The notes beneath the pieces were generated by a model. That model was not told the DNA's origin and did not search any database. It worked only from the letters and a program-made list of their open reading frames with translations. The translations under genes were made by a program, and so were the position numbers. Below are positions 54,806 through 63,878 of a stretch of 64,000 nt of DNA, one piece after another (the stretch's first letter is position 1; each line of letters begins with the position of its first letter). The stretch is from a virus. Lineage: Duplodnaviria > Caudoviricetes. The DNA is taken from IMG/VR virus record IMGVR_UViG_3300031994_000079, positions 8,928-72,927 of that record; one strand, written 5' to 3'.

Positions 54806-55779
54806 CAGTAGGAGAAGTTAAGAAGCAGATAAAAGATAAGAAGCCGTTATCATTTTATATATTCACAGGTGAAGAACTTGAGGTAATGAATATATATGTT
54901 AAGAAGATAGCTGAAGTAGCAGGTGCAAATGTAAATAGAGCCTATACATTGAGTTCAGTATTTTCTAAAGTGCAGAGCCGTTCAATGTTTTCACAAAAGA
55001 CTTGTTTTGTTATCCGTGATGATAAAGAATTTCTTTCAGCAGAAGATATATGGTCAAGAGTTGAAGATGATGATTTGCCTTTCAAAGATTCGACACCAAT
55101 ACAAGGTGGTAATATAATCATAATGCTTTATACAAACATAGATAAGAGAAGTAAGTTTTATAAGCATTTTGAACATATCATTGTAACGTTCGAGAAGCTA
55201 TCAGAATCGAATTTAATGCATGAGATACAGAAAAGAGTACAGTTAAACGAAAAGAACGCTAAAATGCTTATATACGTGTGCGAGAGCGACTTAGGTCGTA
55301 TCTTACAAGAGATAGATAAGATAAAAAGCTATCTGGAATATTACAATGATTGCAATAGTAGCGAAGCAGACCCAGACCAAGTGTTTAATTGGTTGATAGA
55401 TGATGGTACTATATATCAACCACCGACAGATGCAATATGGGATTTTGTAGATGCTGTATTAACTCATAAAATAAGAGCATCATTTGGCTTAATGGAAGAA
55501 GCATTAGAGTTTGGTAATCCTACGCTTACACTTATATCTGTGTTATATAAAGATGTAAAGCAGTTGTTACAGGTACAGGCATGTACATCATCAGATGTAG
55601 CAGGTAGTACAGGTTTAAGTGGTTGGGATATAAAACGTGCAAATAGCCGTAAAAAGATATATACTAATAGAGAATTGATAGATGCCATGAAGATTATCAG
55701 AGAAGTAGAGCGAGGTATAAAGTCTGGTAATATAGAAGAAGATATGGCATTAGATTATATCTTAGTGAATATATTATAG
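54796..55779 (+). CDS. holA: clamp loader delta-like subunit
   Basis: FYIFTGEE, DLGRILQEIDKI, IWDFVDAV, IKSG. Confidence 0.75.
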   Translation: MVMTVGEVKKQIKDKKPLSFYIFTGEELEVMNIYVKKIAEVAGANVNRAYTLSSVFSKVQSRSMFSQKTCFVIRDDKEFLSAEDIWSRVEDDDLPFKDSTPIQGGNIIIMLYTNIDKRSKFYKHFEHIIVTFEKLSESNLMHEIQKRVQLNEKNAKMLIYVCESDLGRILQEIDKIKSYLEYYNDCNSSEADPDQVFNWLIDDGTIYQPPTDAIWDFVDAVLTHKIRASFGLMEEALEFGNPTLTLISVLYKDVKQLLQVQACTSSDVAGSTGLSGWDIKRANSRKKIYTNRELIDAMKIIREVERGIKSGNIEEDMALDYILVNIL

Positions 55780-55788
55780 GAGGTTATT

Positions 55789-55959
55789 ATGGTAAATACA
55801 AAATCTGTATACAAGACAAATCAGGAGTTCAAGGATTATGTAGATAACTATGCAAGAGAAAGACAAATTTTGGTAACAGACGCATTGAAGCATAGAATGG
55901 TAGAGATAACAGCGGAATATTATTTACAGAAAGATACTGGTAAGATAGATGAAAGATGA
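55789..55959 (+). CDS. small hypothetical protein (56 aa)
   Basis: AGGAGG RBS. Confidence 0.6.
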   Translation: MVNTKSVYKTNQEFKDYVDNYARERQILVTDALKHRMVEITAEYYLQKDTGKIDER

Positions 55960-56116
55960 ATTTGAATTTTGCCTACGCTGTCATAGAAAATTGAAGAATG
56001 GAGAAGCAAGAAAAATAGGTTATGGTAAAGTATGTTTGAAGAAAGCAAAAGAACAGAAACCTAAATCTACTTTATTCAAAGTAACCAGTAGCAATTCTGA
56101 CAAATATGTAGTATAA
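55949..56116 (+). CDS. DUF6011-like zinc-finger protein (55 aa)
   Basis: CLRCHRKLK...ARKIGYGKVC. Confidence 0.55.
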   Translation: MKDEFEFCLRCHRKLKNGEARKIGYGKVCLKKAKEQKPKSTLFKVTSSNSDKYVV

Positions 56117-56139
56117 TATTTACAGAAAGTGAGAGACAG

Positions 56140-56937
56140 ATGGCACGAAATTTAAAGAATATAGCACGCCTTATAGATGTTGCTAATGATACAAAACCAA
56201 TAGAGGAACAATTCTTATCAGACCTTAAAAGGTCTATAGAGTTGACTGCTAAGAAAGAGAGCAGACAACCATCACAGACATATAAGCCATCAGGTATGAA
56301 TTGTATACGTTCTATGTACTATCAAGTAATGGGTGCAGAATGTATAGACGAACCTAATTTTACAAATGTAGGCATATGTGCAAGTGGTTCAGATATACAT
56401 GAGAGAATACAGCAGGCAGTAATTGATATGAAGGATAATGGTATGGATTGTGAGTATATCAATGTTGCCGAATATGTAAGGAGTCGAGATTTACCTGATA
56501 TAGATATAGTAGCAGAACCTGATTTTGAGAATGGTAGCTATGAGACAAAATTGTACAATAAAAAGTACAACATGTCATTCTTATGCGACGGTATTATAAG
56601 ATATAAGAATAAGTATTATATCCTTGAGTTAAAGACAGAAGCAAGTTTTAAATGGCAGACAAGAAGTGCAGTAGACACCAAACATTATATGCAAGGTACA
56701 GCATATAGTTTTAATTTAGGTCTTGATGATGTTATATTTATATATATCAATCGTGACGTTCTTGATATGAAAGCTTTTATGTATAATGTTACAGATTCTA
56801 TGAGGCAAGCATTGGTTAGTATAATTAACGATTGTCAAGGGTATGTTGATAGACAGATACCACCACCTAAGCCAGATGTTCCAAAGAATATGTGTAAGTA
56901 TTGTGGTTATAAGAATGTATGCGAATTGGACAAGTAA
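56140..56937 (+). CDS. Cas4-like PD-(D/E)XK exonuclease
   Basis: PSGMNC.R, G..IH, CDGI...ELKT, Q...Y, C-terminal CKYC.Y..VC. Confidence 0.85.
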   Translation: MARNLKNIARLIDVANDTKPIEEQFLSDLKRSIELTAKKESRQPSQTYKPSGMNCIRSMYYQVMGAECIDEPNFTNVGICASGSDIHERIQQAVIDMKDNGMDCEYINVAEYVRSRDLPDIDIVAEPDFENGSYETKLYNKKYNMSFLCDGIIRYKNKYYILELKTEASFKWQTRSAVDTKHYMQGTAYSFNLGLDDVIFIYINRDVLDMKAFMYNVTDSMRQALVSIINDCQGYVDRQIPPPKPDVPKNMCKYCGYKNVCELDK

Positions 56938-57062
56938 GTCCGTTTTTGCATAGTAGCACCAGAATCATGCTGGATAACATGATGCATCAAGAATACATCC
57001 GCTGAATAGTGTGCGTCTTGGTAGCGGTGAGAGATATTCGCTGAGACCTCCTTTCTAAAGTT

Positions 57063-57590
57063 ATGGCAGAGAATCGTGGAAAAACCTTTGAGAATATAAT
57101 AAAGCAGGCATTTGAAAAAGTAGATGGTGTATCTATTGATAGACTTCATGACCAAATGACCGGGTATAAAGTAACAAGTGCCAACATATGTGATTTCATT
57201 GTATATAAAAAACCTTATGAATATTATATAGAATGTAAATCAGTACACGGCAATACATTACCATTCAGTAACATCACAACTAATCAATGGAATGGCATGT
57301 TAGAGAAGTCAAAGATAGAAGGTGTATTTGCGGGTGTTATATGCTGGTGGATAGATAAAGATATTACTGCATTTATACCAATTTGGTATCTCGACTATAT
57401 AAAACGAAATCATCCAGAGAAAAAAAGTATCAATGTAAATTCGATGTTAAAAGAAAGTGAAGAATTGGAAAAATATATTAATTTTAAAAATACACACTTT
57501 ATACAGATAAAAGGAAAAAAGAAAAGAGTTTTCTTTGATTATGATATGGATTACTTTTTTCATGATATAGAAAAACGACAAAGGAGATAA
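57063..57590 (+). CDS. recU: Holliday junction resolvase, RecU-like
   Basis: NRGKTFE, CDF...YIECKS. Confidence 0.8.
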   Translation: MAENRGKTFENIIKQAFEKVDGVSIDRLHDQMTGYKVTSANICDFIVYKKPYEYYIECKSVHGNTLPFSNITTNQWNGMLEKSKIEGVFAGVICWWIDKDITAFIPIWYLDYIKRNHPEKKSINVNSMLKESEELEKYINFKNTHFIQIKGKKKRVFFDYDMDYFFHDIEKRQRR

Positions 57591-57592
57591 AT

Positions 57593-58114
57593 ATGAAATT
57601 TGCATTACAAGAAATGACCAAATATGAAATCGACAAACTAAAAGACAGAGTAGAGACCAATTCAAAACAAATAGACGAAATAGTGAACGGCATAATTCAA
57701 CCATATTGTAAAGACCTTGACAAGTATGTGTCTTTCATATCTGAATGTCTTAAAGATGGTGAAAATCCACCTACTACACCAGAGTTAGAAGATTGGTGTA
57801 TGAACTTATCCACTTATATTTATTTTGCATCTGGCATGTGTGAGAACTTAGGTGTTCGTGACGATATAGCTAAGGCTGTATATAAAGAAATGTATAATGC
57901 CAGTAGAAATTCCCTTGAAAAAGGTACAGTAGCAGATAAAGATGCTCATGCGGCTATATATAGTCAGCAAGAAGCAGTAATATCGGCAGCTTATACCAGA
58001 GCTTATAAGGTTGTTAAAGCAAAAGTAGAAAGTGCAAAGGATTTATTACAATCGTGCAAAAAAGTTTTATCAAATAGAATTACAGAAATGGAAATATCAC
58101 ATTTACAAGGTTAA
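57593..58114 (+). CDS. helical protein, possibly UvsY-like recombination mediator
   Basis: GTVADKDAHA motif, position near recA. Confidence 0.4.
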   Translation: MKFALQEMTKYEIDKLKDRVETNSKQIDEIVNGIIQPYCKDLDKYVSFISECLKDGENPPTTPELEDWCMNLSTYIYFASGMCENLGVRDDIAKAVYKEMYNASRNSLEKGTVADKDAHAAIYSQQEAVISAAYTRAYKVVKAKVESAKDLLQSCKKVLSNRITEMEISHLQG

Positions 58115-58134
58115 ATATGTATGATATAATAACC

Positions 58135-58236
58135 TCAAGTAAGAGGTCGAGACTTACTGAATAATCTCAAAGTGTTTAATTCGCTTGTGGATAAATGTAG
58201 TTGCTCGACCCAACTACACCGCAAGCGTTTTATTTT
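58135..58236 (+). ncRNA. structured 5' leader with complementary 7-nt loops (upstream of GIY-YIG gene)
   Basis: Loop GGTCGAG (58145-51) complementary to loop CTCGACC (58204-10); long stem then T-tract and AGGAGG. Confidence 0.65.
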
Positions 58237-58248
58237 TAGGAGGTTATT

Positions 58249-58944
58249 ATGCAAAATAATTTTATTTTATATGTACATATAACACCAAGTAATAAAAAAT
58301 ATTTCGGTATAACTTGTAGGGATATTGATAGACGTTGGGGATATGGAGAAGGTTATAAGAATAACAAACATTTTTATAGAGCAATACAAAAATATGGATG
58401 GGATAATATACAACATATTATTCTTGCCGATAATCTTTCCAAAGAATGGGCTTTAAGATTAGAGGAATTATTCATATTAAAATATGACACAACAAATGTT
58501 AATAAAGGATACAATCGTTCAACAGGTGGTGATTGGGGAGGTAGTGGTTATAAGTGGCATCAATCAGAAGAATTAAAACAACATTTACATGATATTAAAA
58601 TAGGTATACCTCTGTCAGAACAGCATAAACAAGCATTGAGTGATGCGTGGATAAAAAGAAAAGAGCGAGGCGAAGTAGTTTGGAATAAAGGTCTGAAATT
58701 AAAAGATACTGGTATGATAGATAATTTTATAAAAGCAGGTATAGAAAATGCAAGGCGACAAAGAAAACCAGTATATAAATTAGATTTAGATAATAATATA
58801 GTATCAGAATATGAGTCTGTAAAGTCAGCCGCAAAAGCACAAGGTTGTAATAACACTTGTGCTATACACGCAGTATTATCTGGTAGAGCGAAGTTAGCAT
58901 ATGGTTATAAGTGGAAGTATAAAATGGAGGCAGATAATGGGTAA
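58249..58944 (+). mobile_element. free-standing GIY-YIG homing endonuclease (NUMOD3/NUMOD1)
   Basis: LYVHITPSNKKYFGIT, GYNRSTGG, KPVYKLDL...YESVKSAAK...AYGYKWKY. Confidence 0.85.
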
Positions 58945-59194
58945 AAATAATGCTTTTATAAATGCTATGAAAAATGCTACAAATACGGCAAAGCGAGAAG
59001 CAGTAAATGTGACACCTGCTGTATATGCCAGTATAGCTTTAGCTTTGCATAGAGAATATGGTTTTGGTTATAAGCGTATAAGCAGAGCATTTAAAACATC
59101 ACAGGATATATGGGAGAATCATTCAGATGATGTTAGCGGCATGATAGAATTATGCGAACAGGAAACTAATATAAGATTGCAAGGAGGTCAGTAA
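58937..59194 (+). CDS. hypothetical protein
   Basis: GGAGG RBS before ATG 58937. Confidence 0.65.
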   Translation: MGKNNAFINAMKNATNTAKREAVNVTPAVYASIALALHREYGFGYKRISRAFKTSQDIWENHSDDVSGMIELCEQETNIRLQGGQ

Positions 59195-60216
59195 TGGGTG
59201 TAAAACTTGATGAGATTATAAAGAATGTAAATAAGACAGCCAAAGATGAGATATTGTCCAAAGGTCTTTCGGCATATGATTACGAGAGAATACCATTTAC
59301 AAGTCCAAGAATGAATTTTATGACATACGGTGGTATAGCAGAAGGTAGATTGATAGAGTTTTTTGGCGAGAATCATGGTGGGAAAACCACGACTGCATTA
59401 GATATTGTTGCCAACTTTCAGAATAAATATCCTGACCGTGATGTATTATATGTAGATGCCGAGAATACATTAGACACAGTATGGGCTACAAAGCTCGGTG
59501 TAGATGTAGAGAAGATGTATATACTTCAACCTATGTCTCAGTCAGCAGAGGAAATATTTGAAATTATATATAATGCTGTAGATAGTGGTGAAGTGGGATT
59601 ATGGATAATAGATAGTCTTGGTGCTCTTATGTCACAACAGGAATTTGATAAGACACTTGAAGAAAAGACATATGGTGGCATATCAATGGCATTAACAAAG
59701 TTCGCCAAGAAGATAGAGCAGTTAAACCATAAATATAATTGTACAGGCATAGGTATAAATCAGCTAAGAGCAAATATCAACAGCATGTACGGTGGTTTTA
59801 CAACACCGGGCGGTGAGAATTGGAAGTTCATGTGTTCAACAAGAATAGAATTTAGAATGGGTAAATTCTTTGATGAGAAAGGTAATGAACTTACAAGAAG
59901 TGCTGAAAATCCTGCTGGTAATTTTGTTATGGCAAGTATAGTTAAGAATAAGACAGCACCACCTTCAAGACGAGTTGGTCAGTATAGAATACGCTATGAT
60001 AGTGGTATAGATTATTTTGCTGACCTCGTAGATGTTGCTATATTATATAATATAATAGATAAAAGGGGTGCATGGTACACCATAGCAGATATAGAAACTG
60101 GCGAAGCATTGAAAGAGAGTATACAGGGTATACAGAATGTATATAATGCCTTGAATGAAGATGAGAGCCTGCTTTCAAGAGTAGAAGAACTGGTTAACAT
60201 GGCAAGTCAAGATTGA
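59194..60216 (+). CDS. recA: RecA-family recombinase
   Basis: GENHGGKTT, YVDAE, IIDSLGA, INQLR, TPGG, VKNK. Confidence 0.95.
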   Translation: MGVKLDEIIKNVNKTAKDEILSKGLSAYDYERIPFTSPRMNFMTYGGIAEGRLIEFFGENHGGKTTTALDIVANFQNKYPDRDVLYVDAENTLDTVWATKLGVDVEKMYILQPMSQSAEEIFEIIYNAVDSGEVGLWIIDSLGALMSQQEFDKTLEEKTYGGISMALTKFAKKIEQLNHKYNCTGIGINQLRANINSMYGGFTTPGGENWKFMCSTRIEFRMGKFFDEKGNELTRSAENPAGNFVMASIVKNKTAPPSRRVGQYRIRYDSGIDYFADLVDVAILYNIIDKRGAWYTIADIETGEALKESIQGIQNVYNALNEDESLLSRVEELVNMASQD

Positions 60217-60236
60217 TTGACTTGCCTGTTGTTTTT
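60196..60236 (+). terminator. terminator overlapping recA stop
   Basis: GGCAAGTCAA-GATTGA-TTGACTTGCC then T-rich tract. Confidence 0.75.
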
Positions 60237-60299
60237 ATGCTATAAATATGTTATAGTATATTTGTAGTTAAGAAAACAGCAATAAGAAAGGAGATAGTT

Positions 60300-60665
60300 T
60301 TGAGGAGAGTATTAGTAATGAGTTTGTTATGTATAGGTTTAATAACTATACCTGTACATGCAAAAGATTTGAAAGGAAGAGTAACAGTATATTCAGATGT
60401 TGGCAAGACAGCATTAGGCACAGATACAAGATATGGTATTTGTGCTACAAGTAATAAAGAATTGTTTGGCAAATATGTAATTCTTTATCAGAGATTGCCA
60501 GATGATAAGAAAGGAGAATGTTTAGGAATATTTCATGTAGAAGATACAGGTTGTAAAGAAGAAGTCATAGATATATGGTGTCCAAAAGAGTATCAAAAGA
60601 TGATTATAGATAGGACATATGAAAACGGTTGTCAAGGCAAAATCTATATACAGGTTGTTGAATAA
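60300..60665 (+). CDS. secreted 3D-domain (double-psi beta-barrel) protein
   Basis: Signal peptide; VTVY...T..G...VEDTG...IDIW. Confidence 0.7.
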   Translation: MRRVLVMSLLCIGLITIPVHAKDLKGRVTVYSDVGKTALGTDTRYGICATSNKELFGKYVILYQRLPDDKKGECLGIFHVEDTGCKEEVIDIWCPKEYQKMIIDRTYENGCQGKIYIQVVE

Positions 60666-60680
60666 GAAAGGAGCGAGTAA

Positions 60681-61226
60681 ATGAAAGATTATAGTGTGTT
60701 ATTAACTTGCGGAGAAGCAAATATGGTAGTTATACATGATGCATTTGATAAAGGTTATCAACAGGGTTACGAGGATGGAAATAAAGCTTTATGTAACTGC
60801 AAAGACAACATGGAAGTTGAATATAACCGTGGTCTTAATGATGCATGGGAAGCGATAAAGAAGATAACCGAAATTCCCATAACTAAAAGAGGATTTGTTT
60901 TTGATTTAAGTCCAGAAACTGATACATCCTTTTTTAGCCTCTTAAAAATGCTATCTGTTCAAGAAGCTATAGCCAAGATTAAGAAGTATGAAGAACAGCA
61001 GAAACAGGATACCGAAATAAAGGTCGGGGATGAGGTTTATCTATTTGATAAAAACCATCCAAGAGTAGTTACAAGTATATATAACGAGGGTGATGAAGTG
61101 AATGCAATACAGATTACAGGAAATGGAAAATTGGCTGTTAATTATGTGAAAGAATTGCATAGAACAGGACGCACATTTCCCCAGATAGCCGAGGTTTTGG
61201 CAGAAATGAGAGGTGAGAGCGAATGA
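60681..61226 (+). CDS. hypothetical protein
   Basis: AGAAAGGAG RBS; C-terminal IKVGDEV SH3-like segment. Confidence 0.7.
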   Translation: MKDYSVLLTCGEANMVVIHDAFDKGYQQGYEDGNKALCNCKDNMEVEYNRGLNDAWEAIKKITEIPITKRGFVFDLSPETDTSFFSLLKMLSVQEAIAKIKKYEEQQKQDTEIKVGDEVYLFDKNHPRVVTSIYNEGDEVNAIQITGNGKLAVNYVKELHRTGRTFPQIAEVLAEMRGESE

Positions 61227-61498
61227 TGATAGATAGTACCGAGTTAATCAGAATACTACCTGCTATGCTACAAGGCAGAAAAAAGTTTGCAAAGGTGGCA
61301 GACGGCGGCGATTATCATAGGGGCGAAGTCGATAAATGGTGTTTATTTTTTGAAAATGTGGTTAAAGGAATTGAGGATTTTTGTGAATACAAAAAGACAG
61401 GCGAATATAAATTATCCGCACCAATAAACGGTACTTGGAATGTACTCGATGCCTATCATTATGAGCCACAGGCAGAAATGAGAGGTGATAATAAATGA
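61223..61498 (+). CDS. hypothetical protein
   Basis: Coupled ATGA junction. Confidence 0.65.
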   Translation: MMIDSTELIRILPAMLQGRKKFAKVADGGDYHRGEVDKWCLFFENVVKGIEDFCEYKKTGEYKLSAPINGTWNVLDAYHYEPQAEMRGDNK

Positions 61499-61794
61499 TA
61501 GCATTTATATTAACAATGCCAAATAGAGGTTCGTGGAATGGTAGATGGTCAGGAGAAAATGATCTACATGCCATTGTTAAAACGGAAAGAAGCGTACCAA
61601 AAGATATTATTGGAAAGTCATTTTGGTACAACTGGGATGATGGATGGTCAGCTTGTGTATCGGTGGAAAAGGTCGATTGTAGAGAAGGTAATAAGTTAAG
61701 AAAGAAATCAAGAGGTTTTTGTGGTTATAACTGGATGGTAGATAGTCTTATTAAAAAAGGACGCGTTGAATACATTGACAGAAATGAGAGGTGA
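61495..61794 (+). CDS. hypothetical Trp-rich protein
   Basis: MPNRGSWNGRWSG...WDDGW...GFCGYNWMVDS. Confidence 0.7.
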   Translation: MIAFILTMPNRGSWNGRWSGENDLHAIVKTERSVPKDIIGKSFWYNWDDGWSACVSVEKVDCREGNKLRKKSRGFCGYNWMVDSLIKKGRVEYIDRNER

Positions 61795-61797
61795 AAA

Positions 61798-62133
61798 ATG
61801 CTGACATTGCCGATTAAGAAAAAATGGTTCGACATGATACTTTCAGGAGAGAAGAAAGAAGAGTATCGAGAATATAAGCTGTACTATACTAAAAGATTTG
61901 AGCATTTATGGCAGGGAAGTTTAATTGGATATGATGCTAAAAGACGAATAAGATTCCGCAACGGATACGCTAAAGATTCCCCGTCATTTATCGCAAGAGT
62001 AACACTTGATTTTGGAGAAGGTAAACCCGAATGGGGTGCGGAAAAAGGCAAATTATACTACATCATACGGATTAAATCTATTGAAAGTGATGGTGCAGAA
62101 AATTTGGCAGAAATGAGAGGTGAAAGAGAATGA
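61798..62133 (+). CDS. ASCH-domain protein
   Basis: LPIKKKWFDMILSGEKKEEYRE...FRNGY. Confidence 0.85.
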   Translation: MLTLPIKKKWFDMILSGEKKEEYREYKLYYTKRFEHLWQGSLIGYDAKRRIRFRNGYAKDSPSFIARVTLDFGEGKPEWGAEKGKLYYIIRIKSIESDGAENLAEMRGERE

Positions 62134-62306
62134 CACGACAGGAGAAAGAAGATTTATTACATGAAGCAGTAGACATATTGATTAAGCTGGATAATCATTT
62201 AATGACTTCGAGGGATAATGCGGAGTTTTCGTCATGGGTAGATGATTTAATTGACAATTATTGCGAGGAACGTGAACAGGGCAAATGTCCTTTTTACGCA
62301 AGTTGA
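62130..62306 (+). CDS. small hypothetical protein (58 aa)
   Basis: ATGA junction after the repeat. Confidence 0.55.
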   Translation: MTRQEKEDLLHEAVDILIKLDNHLMTSRDNAEFSSWVDDLIDNYCEEREQGKCPFYAS

Positions 62307-62331
62307 GTCAAAGTAGGAAGGAGGCGAAGGA

Positions 62332-62571
62332 ATGACAATAGAAGAAGCAATTAAATGGTTTAGAGAAGATCCATTTTATCATAAAGACCACGTTCCTTTT
62401 AACATGGCAATTGAGGCATTAGAGAAACAAATGCCTCAGACACCTACTATCGAGAACGGTTTTGTAAAATGCCCGAAGTGCAAAATGTATATTCGTTTTC
62501 CGATAGCAGATAAATATAACAACTGTCCAGAATGTGGACAAGCGATCAAATGGGCAGAAAGTGAGGAATAA
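62332..62571 (+). CDS. zinc-ribbon protein
   Basis: ALEKQMP...CPKC...CPECGQAIKW. Confidence 0.7.
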   Translation: MTIEEAIKWFREDPFYHKDHVPFNMAIEALEKQMPQTPTIENGFVKCPKCKMYIRFPIADKYNNCPECGQAIKWAESEE

Positions 62572-62574
62572 GGA

Positions 62575-62778
62575 ATGACAGCAGAAAGAGAAAAGGCTAT
62601 CAATGAGTGGTTGGATATTTATTGCCCGAAGTGTGCAAATAATGACGATAGAGGAACAGATTTTCTGAATTGTCAAGCGGAGTGTGAAGTACAAAAAGAT
62701 ATAGGTATTGCTTGCATACATTACGAAGAAGCGCACGATATGAATGGAAAGGAGCGAATAGATGAAGCTGATAATTGA
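62575..62778 (+). CDS. Cys-rich hypothetical protein
   Basis: CPKC...C...C...C. Confidence 0.6.
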   Translation: MTAEREKAINEWLDIYCPKCANNDDRGTDFLNCQAECEVQKDIGIACIHYEEAHDMNGKERIDEADN

Positions 62779-62911
62779 GATACCTGATAACACCTACAAT
62801 CTTATAAAGGATGTAGCAATGATTAAACATACTACTATTGATGCTATAGTAAATGATATTATCAAAATTTTTATAGCAAATTTAAGTGCAAATGAGGTAG
62901 AAAGCAAATAA
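62762..62911 (+). CDS. small RHH-like protein (49 aa)
   Basis: AAAGGAG RBS; MKLIIEIPDNTYNLIK. Confidence 0.45.
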   Translation: MKLIIEIPDNTYNLIKDVAMIKHTTIDAIVNDIIKIFIANLSANEVESK

Positions 62912-63159
62912 TGGAAAAAGCAGAAGCAACCTATCAGTATCTTGAAGAAGCACATGGAAATGGTATGTTCTTTTACACAAGTTGTTGTGGTAATAGAATG
63001 TATAGTGTTGACAGCAATCCTATGAAGTATCACGGATGTTTATGCCCCAAATGTTTCCAGCACAATAAATCAGTGACATTGTACTTGCGTGGTACACCCG
63101 ATGGTATAAGAGTTTTTGAAACTGAACACGTTATAAAAGCAGAAAGGAGCGAGGAATGA
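62911..63159 (+). CDS. Cys-rich hypothetical protein
   Basis: SCCG...CLCPKC. Confidence 0.6.
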   Translation: MEKAEATYQYLEEAHGNGMFFYTSCCGNRMYSVDSNPMKYHGCLCPKCFQHNKSVTLYLRGTPDGIRVFETEHVIKAERSEE

Positions 63160-63431
63160 CCAAGGAAATAGCACAGTATTGTATGAAAGCATATAGCCAA
63201 TATCATAACGAAATGTGCGAAGAATGTCCTATATATGGACAGACAGGGGATGACCATTGTTTTGAAGATGCTTTGCAGTATGTTATCAACCATTTTGATA
63301 TGCTTGATAATATAAGAGCCGAAATAGAAAACGAGAAACATATCGGATTTACTCCACAAGATTTTGCAGATGGATTGGATTTGGCTCTTGAAATTATCGA
63401 CAAGTATAAAGCAGAAAGGAGCGAGGAATGA
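63156..63431 (+). CDS. hypothetical protein
   Basis: CEECP..C motif, coupled junction. Confidence 0.65.
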   Translation: MTKEIAQYCMKAYSQYHNEMCEECPIYGQTGDDHCFEDALQYVINHFDMLDNIRAEIENEKHIGFTPQDFADGLDLALEIIDKYKAERSEE

Positions 63432-63616
63432 TGCCTACAACAGGTGAGAAAGTGATAGTTAATGATAAGTATGTTGGGTATGTTGTGAGGATATACCTAC
63501 CAAACCAATATCATTCGGGTAGGTTTATAGTACGGGTACATTATGAGTTTGGTTCAGATGAAAGAGAATTTTGGTTTGATGATTATGGTGTGACAGTAAA
63601 ACACAAAGGAGAGTGA
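63428..63616 (+). CDS. hypothetical SH3-like protein
   Basis: GEKVIV...GYVVRI. Confidence 0.55.
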   Translation: MMPTTGEKVIVNDKYVGYVVRIYLPNQYHSGRFIVRVHYEFGSDEREFWFDDYGVTVKHKGE

Positions 63617-63620
63617 TTAA

Positions 63621-63878
63621 ATGACAATAGATGAAGCAATAGCAATCATTGAGAATGAAAAGAAGTGTGTCAATAGAGCCAATAAAAACGATTACTGCAA
63701 TAGGGATAGTTATAATTGTGAGCTTATAAAAACTGACATAGAGATACTTACCGCACTCGATATGGCAATCAATGCGTTGGAGCGTGAACAGAAATTCCTT
63801 GATGCAGGATATAAAAATGGCAGAGTTGAATTTATGATCGGCGTAAGAAAATTTATGGTAAAGGAGATGGCGCAATGA
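63621..63878 (+). CDS. hypothetical protein
   Basis: MTIDEAI...ALDMAINALE. Confidence 0.65.
   Translation: MTIDEAIAIIENEKKCVNRANKNDYCNRDSYNCELIKTDIEILTALDMAINALEREQKFLDAGYKNGRVEFMIGVRKFMVKEMAQ

Noticed and set aside
56140-56937. CRISPR-Cas system suggested by the Cas4-like gene
   Set aside because: No repeat-spacer array or other cas genes; solo Cas4-like nucleases are common in phage recombination modules
5250-58194. DnaA boxes at 5250, 33143 and 58186
   Set aside because: Isolated, one in coding sequence; roughly one expected by chance in 64 kb; no cluster
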